Shown here: positions 24,220 through 32,815 of the stretch, one piece after another | Numbering within the stretch: the stretch's first letter is position 1 | How the letters are laid out: the number at the start of each line of letters is the position of its first letter | Translations under genes and position numbers: made by a program | The notes under the pieces: model-generated | What the model was told of the DNA's origin: nothing | Databases searched by the model: none | What the model saw: the letters and a program-made list of their open reading frames with translations, nothing else | NCBI GenBank assembly: GCA_000961585.1 | Contig: LADN01000053.1 | Location: forward strand, 438 to 64,437 | From: Peptococcaceae bacterium BRH_c4a | Lineage (GTDB): Bacteria > Bacillota > Desulfotomaculia > Desulfotomaculales > Desulfocucumaceae | Length of the DNA: 64,000 bases | Reading direction: 5' to 3'

Positions 24220-25842
24220 ATGGAAAATATAAGACCCCAGGATATGGGGATACCGTCGAAACAGTTGGCCAAGCCGGGAGAATATCAATTGATGCCACTG
24301 CCGGCACCTTACGATAAACCCGATATGGAGCCGGATTTTAATGCCCCGAATCAGTCGTGGAGCGAGAACTACTGCACCAGTCTGGACGGGTTTATAGGGA
24401 ACGACATGTTATTGAGACCAAAAACCACAGAAGAAGAACAGGAAATTATTAAAAAATTCCTGAGCGGCCTGGATAAGCTTTTTTCCGAAGAAACCAACAG
24501 GAACTATTTACAGCCGCTTATGCTCACCTTTGAAAACTGCGCCAAATGCAACACCTGCTCCGAGGCCTGCCATACCTTTAAAGCCAGCGGCGGAGAGGAA
24601 ATCTACAGGCCTATTTTCCGTTCCGAGGTGCTGCGCAAGCTTTACAAAAAACACAAGCAGGGCGGGGGACTGCTGAACCGGTTCACGGGCGGAGATATTG
24701 ACATCAATATAGAAACCATTATGAGGCTGGGAGAACTGGCCTACCGCTGCAACCTCTGCCGGCGCTGCGCCCAAACCTGTCCCCTGGGCCTGGACAACGG
24801 CCTTTTGGCCAGGGAAATCAGAAAATTATTCAGTATGGAAATGGGGATTGCGCCAAAGCCGCTGCACGAAAACGGCACGGTTAACCAGTTGAAGACCGGT
24901 TCCAGCACAGGGCTGAACAGAGTAGCCTTTTTGGATACCATTGAGTTTTTGGAAGACGATCTCTACGAAAGAACCGGGAAAAAATACAAAATTCCAGTCG
25001 ATAAAGAAGGCGCCGACATACTTTTAACCCATAACGCCGGTGAATATATGGCCTGGCCGGAAAATCCCTCGGCCTTTGTGGTCATTTTTGAGGAGGCAGG
25101 CCTTAACTGGACACTGTGCAGCAGTGATTTTATCGGCTATGACAACGTCAACTACGGTCTTTTTTACGACGATGCCCAGGCGCGCAAAATAGGCCTTGCC
25201 CAGATGAAGGCGGCCAAGGAACTGGGGGTCAGGAGAATTATTGTGGGCGAATGCGGCCATGCCCATAAAGCCATTGCCCTTGCCATTGACCGGACTATAA
25301 CAGGTGCGGACAACACTCCCAGGGAAAGCTTCCTTCCCCTGCTGTTGGAAATAATTGAAAAAAAGGCCCTTAAGCTTGATCCCATGAGGAACAACTTTCC
25401 GGTTACCCTGCACGACCCATGCAATATGGGAAGGATGATGGGCATCGTTAAGCCCCAGCGCGATATTATCAAGGCCATTTGCCCACAGTTCAGAGAAATG
25501 ACTCCCAACGGGGCTAAAAACTACTGCTGCGGAGGCGGCAGCGGCTTTGCCATTATTAAGTCCCACAACTTCCCTGAATTCAGAAACAAAATCGCCAGCA
25601 GGATGAAGTTTAAACAGATACTGGATGCATTCCAGGACACCCTGGAAAACACGGATATTCCCAAATACGTGGCAGCCCCCTGCTCAAACTGCAAAGGTGC
25701 CATCAGGGATATACTGGAGTATTACGGCACAACTGAGAGATACAATGTTCACTACGGCGGACTGGTGGAGTTGGTGGTTAACGCCATGGTGCAGTTTGAA
25801 AAGCCTTTCCTTGAGTTTTTGGATAAAGACTCTTTCAAGTAA
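24220..25842 (+). CDS. HdrD/DsrK-like Fe-S oxidoreductase with CCG domains
   Basis: 540 aa. Two ferredoxin-type motifs (CAKCNTCSEAC, CNLCRRCAQTC) and Cys-rich CCG-type motifs (HDPCNMGR, NYCCGGGSGF, APCSNCKG). Confidence 0.7.
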   Translation: MENIRPQDMGIPSKQLAKPGEYQLMPLPAPYDKPDMEPDFNAPNQSWSENYCTSLDGFIGNDMLLRPKTTEEEQEIIKKFLSGLDKLFSEETNRNYLQPLMLTFENCAKCNTCSEACHTFKASGGEEIYRPIFRSEVLRKLYKKHKQGGGLLNRFTGGDIDINIETIMRLGELAYRCNLCRRCAQTCPLGLDNGLLAREIRKLFSMEMGIAPKPLHENGTVNQLKTGSSTGLNRVAFLDTIEFLEDDLYERTGKKYKIPVDKEGADILLTHNAGEYMAWPENPSAFVVIFEEAGLNWTLCSSDFIGYDNVNYGLFYDDAQARKIGLAQMKAAKELGVRRIIVGECGHAHKAIALAIDRTITGADNTPRESFLPLLLEIIEKKALKLDPMRNNFPVTLHDPCNMGRMMGIVKPQRDIIKAICPQFREMTPNGAKNYCCGGGSGFAIIKSHNFPEFRNKIASRMKFKQILDAFQDTLENTDIPKYVAAPCSNCKGAIRDILEYYGTTERYNVHYGGLVELVVNAMVQFEKPFLEFLDKDSFK

Positions 25843-25976
25843 ATACAATAGCATAAAAGCCATATGCAGAGAAAAAGCAAAACCGCCTTCCGATATAGCC
25901 CGGAGGCGGTTTTGCGGCATAGATAAATAACTGCCATGGTTTTTGCGCGTATTATATAGAGATAGGGGGGTTTTTT

Positions 25977-27158
25977 GTGAGGTATACTCCAAAAAAGGAA
26001 CTGGCCCTGCGGGTGGCCAAACTTCAGGACCTAATGCGACAAAACGGCATAGAAGGCTCAATACTGGTCCAGAATGCCGATCTCTTTTATTTTACAGGAA
26101 CGGTACAGCGATCACACCTCTTTATCCCCTCGGAGGGAACGCCTGTTTTAATGGTTAAGAAAAACTTCCAGAGGGCCAGGGAGGAATCATCCATGGATAA
26201 TGTGCTGCCCCTGGAAAATGCAAGGGACTTACCCGGTGTACTGGAGTTATACGGGTTTAAGAATCCGGGGGTAATTGGTTTCGAGCTGGATGTACTGCCC
26301 GCTGCGCTATATTTAAAGTATCAGAAATTATTTCCCTCCGCCAGGATAGTTGATATAAGCAGCTTGGTTCGTACCGTCAGGATGGTTAAGTCCCCCTATG
26401 AAATAGCAATTATACAGAATGCGGCCACACTTAATCATACCATGTTCTCCAGTGTTAAAAACTTTTTAAAAGAAGGAATCTCAGAGGTGGAACTGGCGGG
26501 TAAGCTGGAGGCGATTTACCGTGAATGCGGTCACCAGTGCCACGTAAGGATGAGAGGCTTCAACCAGGAGATGGCCTATGGACATCTCCTGTCCGGATAC
26601 AATATGGGAGTGCCCAGCTTTCTGGACAGCCCCACCGGCGGTTCCGGGTTGAATCCTTCCTTCCCCCAGGGAGCCGGACAAAAAAAAATAGGCAGAAACG
26701 AGCCTTTGATGGTGGACTACGTTGGGGTTTACGATGGTTATATGGTTGACCAGGCCAGGATGTTCTGCCTTGGACGCCTTCCGGAAAAATTTGTCCGGGC
26801 ATACGAGGCGGCGATCACCATACAGGATGAAATTAAAAAAAGAGCTTTACCGGGAACGTCCTGCGAAGATCTCTATAATCTGGCAATAGGCATGGCTGGC
26901 GAATATGGGCTGACAGATCATTTCATGGGTTATCCGGAACCCGCTCCCTTTATCGGGCATGGGGTGGGGATAGAGCTGGATGAAATGCCTGTGCTGGCCA
27001 GAGGATTTCAAACGCCCCTGGAGACCGGTATGGTACTTGCGCTGGAGCCCAAATTCATCTTTCCCGATGGAGCCGTTGGCATAGAAAACACTTTTCTGGT
27101 GGGGAACAACGGACTTGAAACACTGACGGTGTTCCAGGAAAATATAATATATATTTAA
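25977..27158 (+). CDS. M24-family metallopeptidase (Xaa-Pro aminopeptidase/creatinase-like)
   Basis: 393 aa with a GTG start. N-terminal creatinase-like domain, then a pita-bread fold with metal ligands in VDYVGVYDGYMVDQAR, GHGVGIELDE and ALEPK...ENTF. Confidence 0.85.
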   Translation: MRYTPKKELALRVAKLQDLMRQNGIEGSILVQNADLFYFTGTVQRSHLFIPSEGTPVLMVKKNFQRAREESSMDNVLPLENARDLPGVLELYGFKNPGVIGFELDVLPAALYLKYQKLFPSARIVDISSLVRTVRMVKSPYEIAIIQNAATLNHTMFSSVKNFLKEGISEVELAGKLEAIYRECGHQCHVRMRGFNQEMAYGHLLSGYNMGVPSFLDSPTGGSGLNPSFPQGAGQKKIGRNEPLMVDYVGVYDGYMVDQARMFCLGRLPEKFVRAYEAAITIQDEIKKRALPGTSCEDLYNLAIGMAGEYGLTDHFMGYPEPAPFIGHGVGIELDEMPVLARGFQTPLETGMVLALEPKFIFPDGAVGIENTFLVGNNGLETLTVFQENIIYI

Positions 27159-27174
27159 AATGACCGCCCGTCAG

Positions 27175-27196
27175 GGCGTTTTTTTATCGTTAAGGA
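27175..27196 (+). terminator. Intrinsic terminator after the M24 gene (first copy of a duplicated 22-nt terminator)
   Basis: CGCCC-GTCA-GGGCG followed by TTTTTTTA. The same 22 nt recur at 27634-27655. Confidence 0.7.
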
Positions 27197-27197
27197 A

Positions 27198-27655
27198 AGT
27201 ATATGCCGCATTAAAGCATTAAAGCACTGAAGCACCAAAGCATTTTTATGCAAGCCCAGAGTTTTTCCGGGGTCGCTCCGGGGTCACTTGAGGGTCGCTG
27301 CATTGTCGCTAATGGGTAGGCGGAGCGATTTAAGTCCGGCCTGCATTACCTCCTGCTGCAACTGTCTCTAAACTCGGTCGCCAACGGAATGCCGACCGCC
27401 TCCAACGCCGCATCCTTGCGTCGATTCCGGCTTCCGGCTGCGTCCTGCAGCCGGCTCGGCATTCCGTAGGCTCGGTCGTTAAGAGACAGTAGCAGCCTCC
27501 GGTACATTCCGCACGGACTTAAATCACTCCCCCTCACTGCATGTCGCTGTGGGGTCGCTTGAGGGTCGCTTTTAAGGCAGCCTGTCACCATTCTGGATTC
27601 TGGATTCTGGCTTCTGGATTCTGGATTCCCAAGCGCCCGTCAGGGCGTTTTTTTA
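27198..27655. repeat. Composite repeat element B (inverted relative to element A), bracketed by a duplicated terminator
   Basis: 8-mer array ATTAAAGC x4 (27220-27251) and 11-mer array GGGGTCGCTCC-type x4 (27279-27322). About 190-nt hairpin (27337-27525, arms GATTTAAGTCCG / CGGACTTAAATC). Conserved 70-nt block 27527-27596, then ATTCTGG heptamers x5 (27590-27624), then terminator copy 27634-27654. Confidence 0.85.
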
Positions 27656-27754
27656 TTGAGTCTTTAGGCGTACCACTATTTGCCGGTGGCTTTCCTCTCC
27701 GAGAAACTATATATTAAAAAAATAGAGATACTCACGAAAGCCAGGGGGTGAAGC

Positions 27755-29164
27755 GTGAAAACCGTAGAAATAAAAAGGCCTTATCCGGCTAAAGTGAGTG
27801 CTTTAGCATTATATATCTCGGCCATCATGGGAGCACTTATTTTTATAAGTATTCTGGGCCAACAGTCCTTCCGGGTGGAGGCGCTGCGTGTCCGGATCGG
27901 CATTCAGCCGGCGGTCAGCGGATATACCACTGTGGACATTCCCCCGCTGGCCACCATCATGGCTAAAACCCATGCCACCCCAATAAGAATATTTATCCGA
28001 TTGGACAGAATAGATCTTCAGTCGGCGCAAAAAATGATGGATAATAAGCAGGAGCACACCGGGTTGATGCAAAAAATAACCGGCAGTTTTAGAACGGCGG
28101 CCATTCTGTTTGGCCTGAAAATTTTGTTTCTGTCGGCGGCCGGAGGGGCTTTCGGCGTATTCCTCTGGCAGAGAAATATTGATTTACGGCATCTACAGGG
28201 GGCACTGGCGGCCTCCCTTACCATTGGGCTGTTTTTTTTGGGTACGTACACCACTTATGATATCAATAAGTTTAAAAATCCCGAATTTGACGGCCTGAAG
28301 GTGGCCCCATGGGTCATTTCCATGGCCGGCCAGAGCCTGGGCAAAATAGATACCCTCAACAATAAAATGGAAACCATAGCAGACAACGTCAGTCAGTTGT
28401 TCAACCAGATAGATGAACTGCAAACTTATGACCAAGACAAGGAAGGGCTTGTCAAGGTACTGCATGTTTCAGACATACACAACAACCCGGCAGCCCTGAC
28501 ATATATCCAGCGGATTGCCGGTGTTTTCAAGGTAGACTTGATTATTGACACAGGAGATATCACCGATTACGGCACTCCGCTGGAAGGATTGCTGCTGGAA
28601 AGGCTTGCCGGGCTAAAAGTGCCATATTTATATATACCCGGAAATCACGATTCCCCGGAAACCGCTAATAAAATGAAATCTATACCAGAAGTCACGGTGC
28701 TGAATGGTTCAACTGTGACGGTGAAAAATATGCGCATAGCAGGTTTCCCCGATCCGTCATCAGACACCAGCGATATAGAGCCTCCCCCACTCAATATGAT
28801 CCCGCATCTGGCGGGGGAGATCGAAAAAGCATTGCTGGCACAGCCTGATAAGCCTGATATATTGGCCCTGCACAATCACCGGATAGCACAGCTGCTGATC
28901 GGCAAGGCCCCGGTGATACTCTACGGGCATGACCACAGGCTGGCGGTGAAAGAAATCAGCGAAACCATCCTGATAGACGCAGGCAGTTCCGGGGCAGCAG
29001 GGCTGCGAAGACTCCAGGGTGACAGAACTCCTTACACGGTGGTGCTGCAGTACTATGCCCCGGAGGGCCGACAAATGAAACTTTTGGCGGCAGACACCAT
29101 CACAGTTAAGAACCTGGACAGCGGCTTTCAAGTTGAGCGCCACATCTTTAAAGCCTCCCGGTAA
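27755..29164 (+). CDS. Membrane-anchored metallophosphoesterase
   Basis: 469 aa with N-terminal TM helices. Calcineurin-like motifs VLHVSDIHNN, DTGDITDYG, IPGNHDS, LHNH and GHDH. Confidence 0.75.
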   Translation: MKTVEIKRPYPAKVSALALYISAIMGALIFISILGQQSFRVEALRVRIGIQPAVSGYTTVDIPPLATIMAKTHATPIRIFIRLDRIDLQSAQKMMDNKQEHTGLMQKITGSFRTAAILFGLKILFLSAAGGAFGVFLWQRNIDLRHLQGALAASLTIGLFFLGTYTTYDINKFKNPEFDGLKVAPWVISMAGQSLGKIDTLNNKMETIADNVSQLFNQIDELQTYDQDKEGLVKVLHVSDIHNNPAALTYIQRIAGVFKVDLIIDTGDITDYGTPLEGLLLERLAGLKVPYLYIPGNHDSPETANKMKSIPEVTVLNGSTVTVKNMRIAGFPDPSSDTSDIEPPPLNMIPHLAGEIEKALLAQPDKPDILALHNHRIAQLLIGKAPVILYGHDHRLAVKEISETILIDAGSSGAAGLRRLQGDRTPYTVVLQYYAPEGRQMKLLAADTITVKNLDSGFQVERHIFKASR

Positions 29165-29187
29165 AATAGCCGCCCTAACGGGCGGCT

Positions 29188-29245
29188 AGCAATCAGCTTT
29201 CAGCATTCAGCCTCTGTTAAAATATAAGCGACCTCTAAGCGACTT
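29188..29245. repeat. Short-period tandem tracts 3' of the metallophosphoesterase and CotJC-like genes
   Basis: After the hairpin GCCGCCC-TAAC-GGGCGGC (29169-29186) come AATCAGC/TTTCAGC/ATTCAGC (29191-29211). TAAGCGAC-CTC-TAAGCGAC follows (29224-29242), related to the GCGACCCTCAAGCGAC motif of elements A and B. Confidence 0.7.
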
Positions 29246-29254
29246 CTTAAATAT

Positions 29255-29914
29255 TTACCTGCCGGAATCTCCGCCCATCATGCCGTTAAAACCATTCCCC
29301 ATCATCGATCCCATAGGTCCGAAGCAGTTATTGGTCGTGGAAGTAACGCATGTGCCAGGACAGTATTTTGCTGCAGCCTCACTGAACAATCTGAGGTGAT
29401 GCTCTTCATCCTTGATAATCCTTTCCAGCAATTGTTTTATATTAGGATCGCCAATTAAATACTGATGATCTCTATAATTCTGAATAGCCGTTTTTTCAGC
29501 AGCGATATCCGCGGCCAACCTGTCACAGATATTATTACCATAATATACATATGAAGCGTTCCAGTAATTAGCTCTGTTATTGGTCAGTGTTCTGAACTCC
29601 GGCGGAACTCCCAACAGCTGGATAGTTTGTCCCAGCAGCTCAAGATGGTGCATTTCGATGATAGCGACACATTCTTCCAATTCTGCAAGGTCATTATATG
29701 CCTCGAAAGTGAGGTGGTGATAGAGATATTGAGTAATGGCGGTCATTTCACCGTTAGTGCCCGCATAGTCTTCCAGGAGAAGCATGGCATAATATTGGTT
29801 TGGGCGAAGCACCTGCGGCCCCGGATAAGGTTCCGGTAAGGCACACCACCTATTCTGGTGCGGATCTGGATCTGTACGCATCTCATCTCTTTTTTCTTTA
29901 TCTTTCTTGGACAT
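29255..29914 (-). CDS. CotJC-like manganese-catalase/ferritin-like family protein
   Basis: 219 aa. PYPGPQVLRPNQYYAMLLLEDYAGTNGEMTAITQYLYHH, EMHHLELLGQ and DEEHHLRLF are ferritin-like di-metal motifs as in CotJC. It has a Gly/Met-rich C-terminal tail and no adjacent cotJA/cotJB. Confidence 0.7.
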   Translation of the reverse strand: MSKKDKEKRDEMRTDPDPHQNRWCALPEPYPGPQVLRPNQYYAMLLLEDYAGTNGEMTAITQYLYHHLTFEAYNDLAELEECVAIIEMHHLELLGQTIQLLGVPPEFRTLTNNRANYWNASYVYYGNNICDRLAADIAAEKTAIQNYRDHQYLIGDPNIKQLLERIIKDEEHHLRLFSEAAAKYCPGTCVTSTTNNCFGPMGSMMGNGFNGMMGGDSGR

Positions 29915-30043
29915 TTAGCACACTCCCCTTAAATATCAACCATATATTTACAATAAATTATGCAAATTCTATTCCGTTGGTGCAAACTTGATGGTAAAAT
30001 CGGCCTTTGTGAAGGTCATTTTTTGCGTCCTGGTTGTCTGTTT

Positions 30044-30078
30044 GCTGACTGCTGATTGCTGACAGCTGACAGCTGACA
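30044..30078. repeat. GCTGA(C/T)(A/T) heptamer array x5 directly 3' of the SLH protein gene
   Basis: GCTGACT GCTGATT GCTGACA GCTGACA GCTGACA, ending 8 nt from the stop codon at 30086-30088. Confidence 0.8.
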
Positions 30079-30085
30079 ATTCGGA

Positions 30086-32782
30086 TTATCTTAATAGATA
30101 ATTCAACACATTATCTATGAGCACGGCGCTTTCGGCCCTGGTGGCCCTGTCCCCTGCCCTGAATTTATTCTCATTATCGCCTTTCATAAGGCCGGCCGCA
30201 AAAACGGCTGACACCGGATTTACCGCCCATGAATCTATCATCCCCCCGTCGGCAAAGGCATTGTCGGCCCGGACGTTTTCCGCCGGGCTTAAAGAAAGGG
30301 CCTTATATATCATGGAGGCCATTTCGGCTCTGGTCAATGGCCTGGAGGGACGAAAGGTCTGATCCTCGTAACCCGATACCACACCTCTGCTCACTGCGGT
30401 ATAAACATACCCCCGGGCCCATTCCGGTATGGCGCCCTTGTCGTTTAAGTTCAGATCACCATTTACCGGCTGCCAGCCCATGGCTTTACAGAAAAGCACA
30501 GCGAATTCCGCCCGTGTCACCTGCCTGGCGGGGTCAAATTTATTGCCCGGATAACCGCTGACAATTCCTCCCGCCGACAGACTGGAAACCGCACCCTGTG
30601 CCCAGTGCCCCGGCATATCGATAAATCCGGCCGGGGGATTCTCGTCCCGGACCAGCACCAGGGGACCCAATTCCCATGTGCGGGAAACCACCTTGTTTTC
30701 ACCTTCAAGCGCCCTGGAGGGCAGCTCCTTCCATGCCCCTTTGGTCAATTGAATTATAGTCATTCTGCCCTTTCCTTCCGGTTGGTATTTCCATGTAACG
30801 GCAGCGGGGAATTCCAGAACCGGATTAGATCCGTCAGCAACCTGAAACCGTACTGCGGAAAGGGATTTATACCTTCCCGGCATGGGGGCGGAAAGCTCCC
30901 CCCCGTAAGAGGCGGTTAAGGTTACCGCAGTTTTAAAGGCATTCCCGCCAAAGACCATGCCCAGGCCCCCCAGAGTCAGCCCTCCCGGCTGTCCGGGGCT
31001 GAATTGGTATACAGGACGGTCTTCGGCCTCAATGGTGACCGGTATTGTCAGTGTACGGCTGTCAAAGATTATCTTTAACCCTCCCGAACCTGAGGCGCCC
31101 GAAGCCTTAAAAATCCCGTTCTCCAATGATCCCAGGCCGGAATCAACTACAGCGGAATAGTTGTTGGGGGATAGATCATAAACCGTTCCATCATTCCCTG
31201 TGACTCTTATCTTTATATCCGCAGTTTTACCTGGACGTATAGCTATGGATGAGGGATCAGAGCCTATATGCATAAAGTCTTCCCCTCCAAGGATCCTTAC
31301 GGTCTTGTTTATCTGCAGACCCCCGTAGGAGGCCGACAGCGTTACATTACCCCTCACCCTGGAGGTAAACAGATTCTTTTCGAGAGTCCCGGGGCCCGAC
31401 AATTGCCATGATACTTTTTCCTGTTCCACTGCGATGGGATTGTAATTTGAGTCATAGCCTGTGATTCTATAGGGAAAACTATCCCCCGGAAGCATTGCGT
31501 CAGGCCCCTTTATAATGATCCCGGAGATATTCCCCCTGGGAGCGCTGGAGAAAAACCCCAGGGCTGTGGGTACAAACCTCTGGGTATCCCTTTGAGGCTT
31601 ATTAATGAGAACCGGCCTGTGCTCCCCCAGCGGTCTCACTGCCAGGGTGGCGGAACCGCCCCCGTCAAGGTTCAAAGCCCTGTCAACACCCATGGACACC
31701 ATATATTCCGCCAGTTCAGTCAGGGTGAATCCCCTGCTGTCAATACTTTTTTCCACTGTAACCAAAAACAGCCTTTTTTTGTCCGGGGAATACCCTATGG
31801 CCGTTCTGGCGTTGGGCCCGTTTATTTCTGAAGGGAAATTCCCCATCACCTTCCCCTTGTCTGCCAGCAGTGACCAGCCTCCGGTGCCTGCCTGGATTTT
31901 ATCGCCGTCAGGCGTAATTGTATAATCCACGGTTATTCTTTCCCCGGTTTTAATGCTGCTTTTGATAAAATCCGCAGCCTTGCCTCTGCCGGCCAGTACA
32001 AATCCGTTCCGGGGAATGGCTTTTCCGGGTTGGTTGGCGCATATTTCTTCCACAGTGCCATTATTGACAAAAACCTCGGTCACATTATCATTGCTATCCA
32101 GTTTGCCCCTGCTTGTTTTACCCCAGAACCGGTTGTACATTAATAAAGCACCATCATGGGAGTCTACACCACCCACCAAGTAAGATGGTTTGTTTATACC
32201 TGACAAGGGAAATACTGTCCCTTTAGCTGAGATAACCTTACCGCTGAAACTGAACACATCTATTATAGGAATCCCGCTGTCGGTAATTCCCCAGGCCGGC
32301 ATATCACTGGTAAGGGGCGGGCTGGTGATCATCTGCCCGTCTTTATAAGTCATCCCGATGGGTCTTCCACTTTCCCCCATTTGAAAAAAATCCGCATTCA
32401 CAGCTGCCACAGACCCGGCATTTACCGCCATATCTGTTACCCTGGAGTTTTTGTCCAGTGTTCCGTCCGATCCTACCAGAGTATTTACTTTAAGATACCG
32501 GTTAGTAAGGTCCGCCCTTAAAATATATAGCAGCACCTGCCCCCCGCCCGCCGTAACCGATCGTTTTTCATAAGCCAGGCCATAGGCCACAGGACTGGAT
32601 TCAATAACTCTCTCGCCCTGAAAGGCCGCCAGAGCCGGATGCGGTATCAGAAGGCACAGCAGCGCCAGGGTGAACAGGGTTGTTAACCAAGTATTTCTAA
32701 GTCTCTTCAAAATTTCTCCCTCCCATGAAAAGAAAAAAGCAACGCCACATTTTATGTGCACGCTGCTTTTATATTTCAACAT
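30086..32782 (-). CDS. S-layer-homology (SLH) anchored phosphodiester glycosidase-family wall protein
   Basis: 898-aa ORF; the true start is probably internal, before the signal peptide LFTLALLCLLIPHPALAAF. It has an NAGPA/DUF2233-like domain (...ALNLDGGGSATL...), Ig-like repeats, and three C-terminal SLH repeats (FIDMPGHWA..., LNDKGAIPEWA..., FADGGMIDSWA...). Confidence 0.75.
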   Translation of the reverse strand: MLKYKSSVHIKCGVAFFFSWEGEILKRLRNTWLTTLFTLALLCLLIPHPALAAFQGERVIESSPVAYGLAYEKRSVTAGGGQVLLYILRADLTNRYLKVNTLVGSDGTLDKNSRVTDMAVNAGSVAAVNADFFQMGESGRPIGMTYKDGQMITSPPLTSDMPAWGITDSGIPIIDVFSFSGKVISAKGTVFPLSGINKPSYLVGGVDSHDGALLMYNRFWGKTSRGKLDSNDNVTEVFVNNGTVEEICANQPGKAIPRNGFVLAGRGKAADFIKSSIKTGERITVDYTITPDGDKIQAGTGGWSLLADKGKVMGNFPSEINGPNARTAIGYSPDKKRLFLVTVEKSIDSRGFTLTELAEYMVSMGVDRALNLDGGGSATLAVRPLGEHRPVLINKPQRDTQRFVPTALGFFSSAPRGNISGIIIKGPDAMLPGDSFPYRITGYDSNYNPIAVEQEKVSWQLSGPGTLEKNLFTSRVRGNVTLSASYGGLQINKTVRILGGEDFMHIGSDPSSIAIRPGKTADIKIRVTGNDGTVYDLSPNNYSAVVDSGLGSLENGIFKASGASGSGGLKIIFDSRTLTIPVTIEAEDRPVYQFSPGQPGGLTLGGLGMVFGGNAFKTAVTLTASYGGELSAPMPGRYKSLSAVRFQVADGSNPVLEFPAAVTWKYQPEGKGRMTIIQLTKGAWKELPSRALEGENKVVSRTWELGPLVLVRDENPPAGFIDMPGHWAQGAVSSLSAGGIVSGYPGNKFDPARQVTRAEFAVLFCKAMGWQPVNGDLNLNDKGAIPEWARGYVYTAVSRGVVSGYEDQTFRPSRPLTRAEMASMIYKALSLSPAENVRADNAFADGGMIDSWAVNPVSAVFAAGLMKGDNENKFRAGDRATRAESAVLIDNVLNYLLR

Positions 32783-32815
32783 TTTTTCCTTTAAACCCTT
32801 TTTTATGTACTCAAT

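Noticed and set aside
27346-27591. 81-aa ORF on the minus strand inside element B.
   Set aside because: It lies entirely within the long imperfect hairpin and conserved repeat block. It has no RBS and an odd Arg/Ser/Cys-rich composition. It is most likely a by-product of the palindromic sequence.
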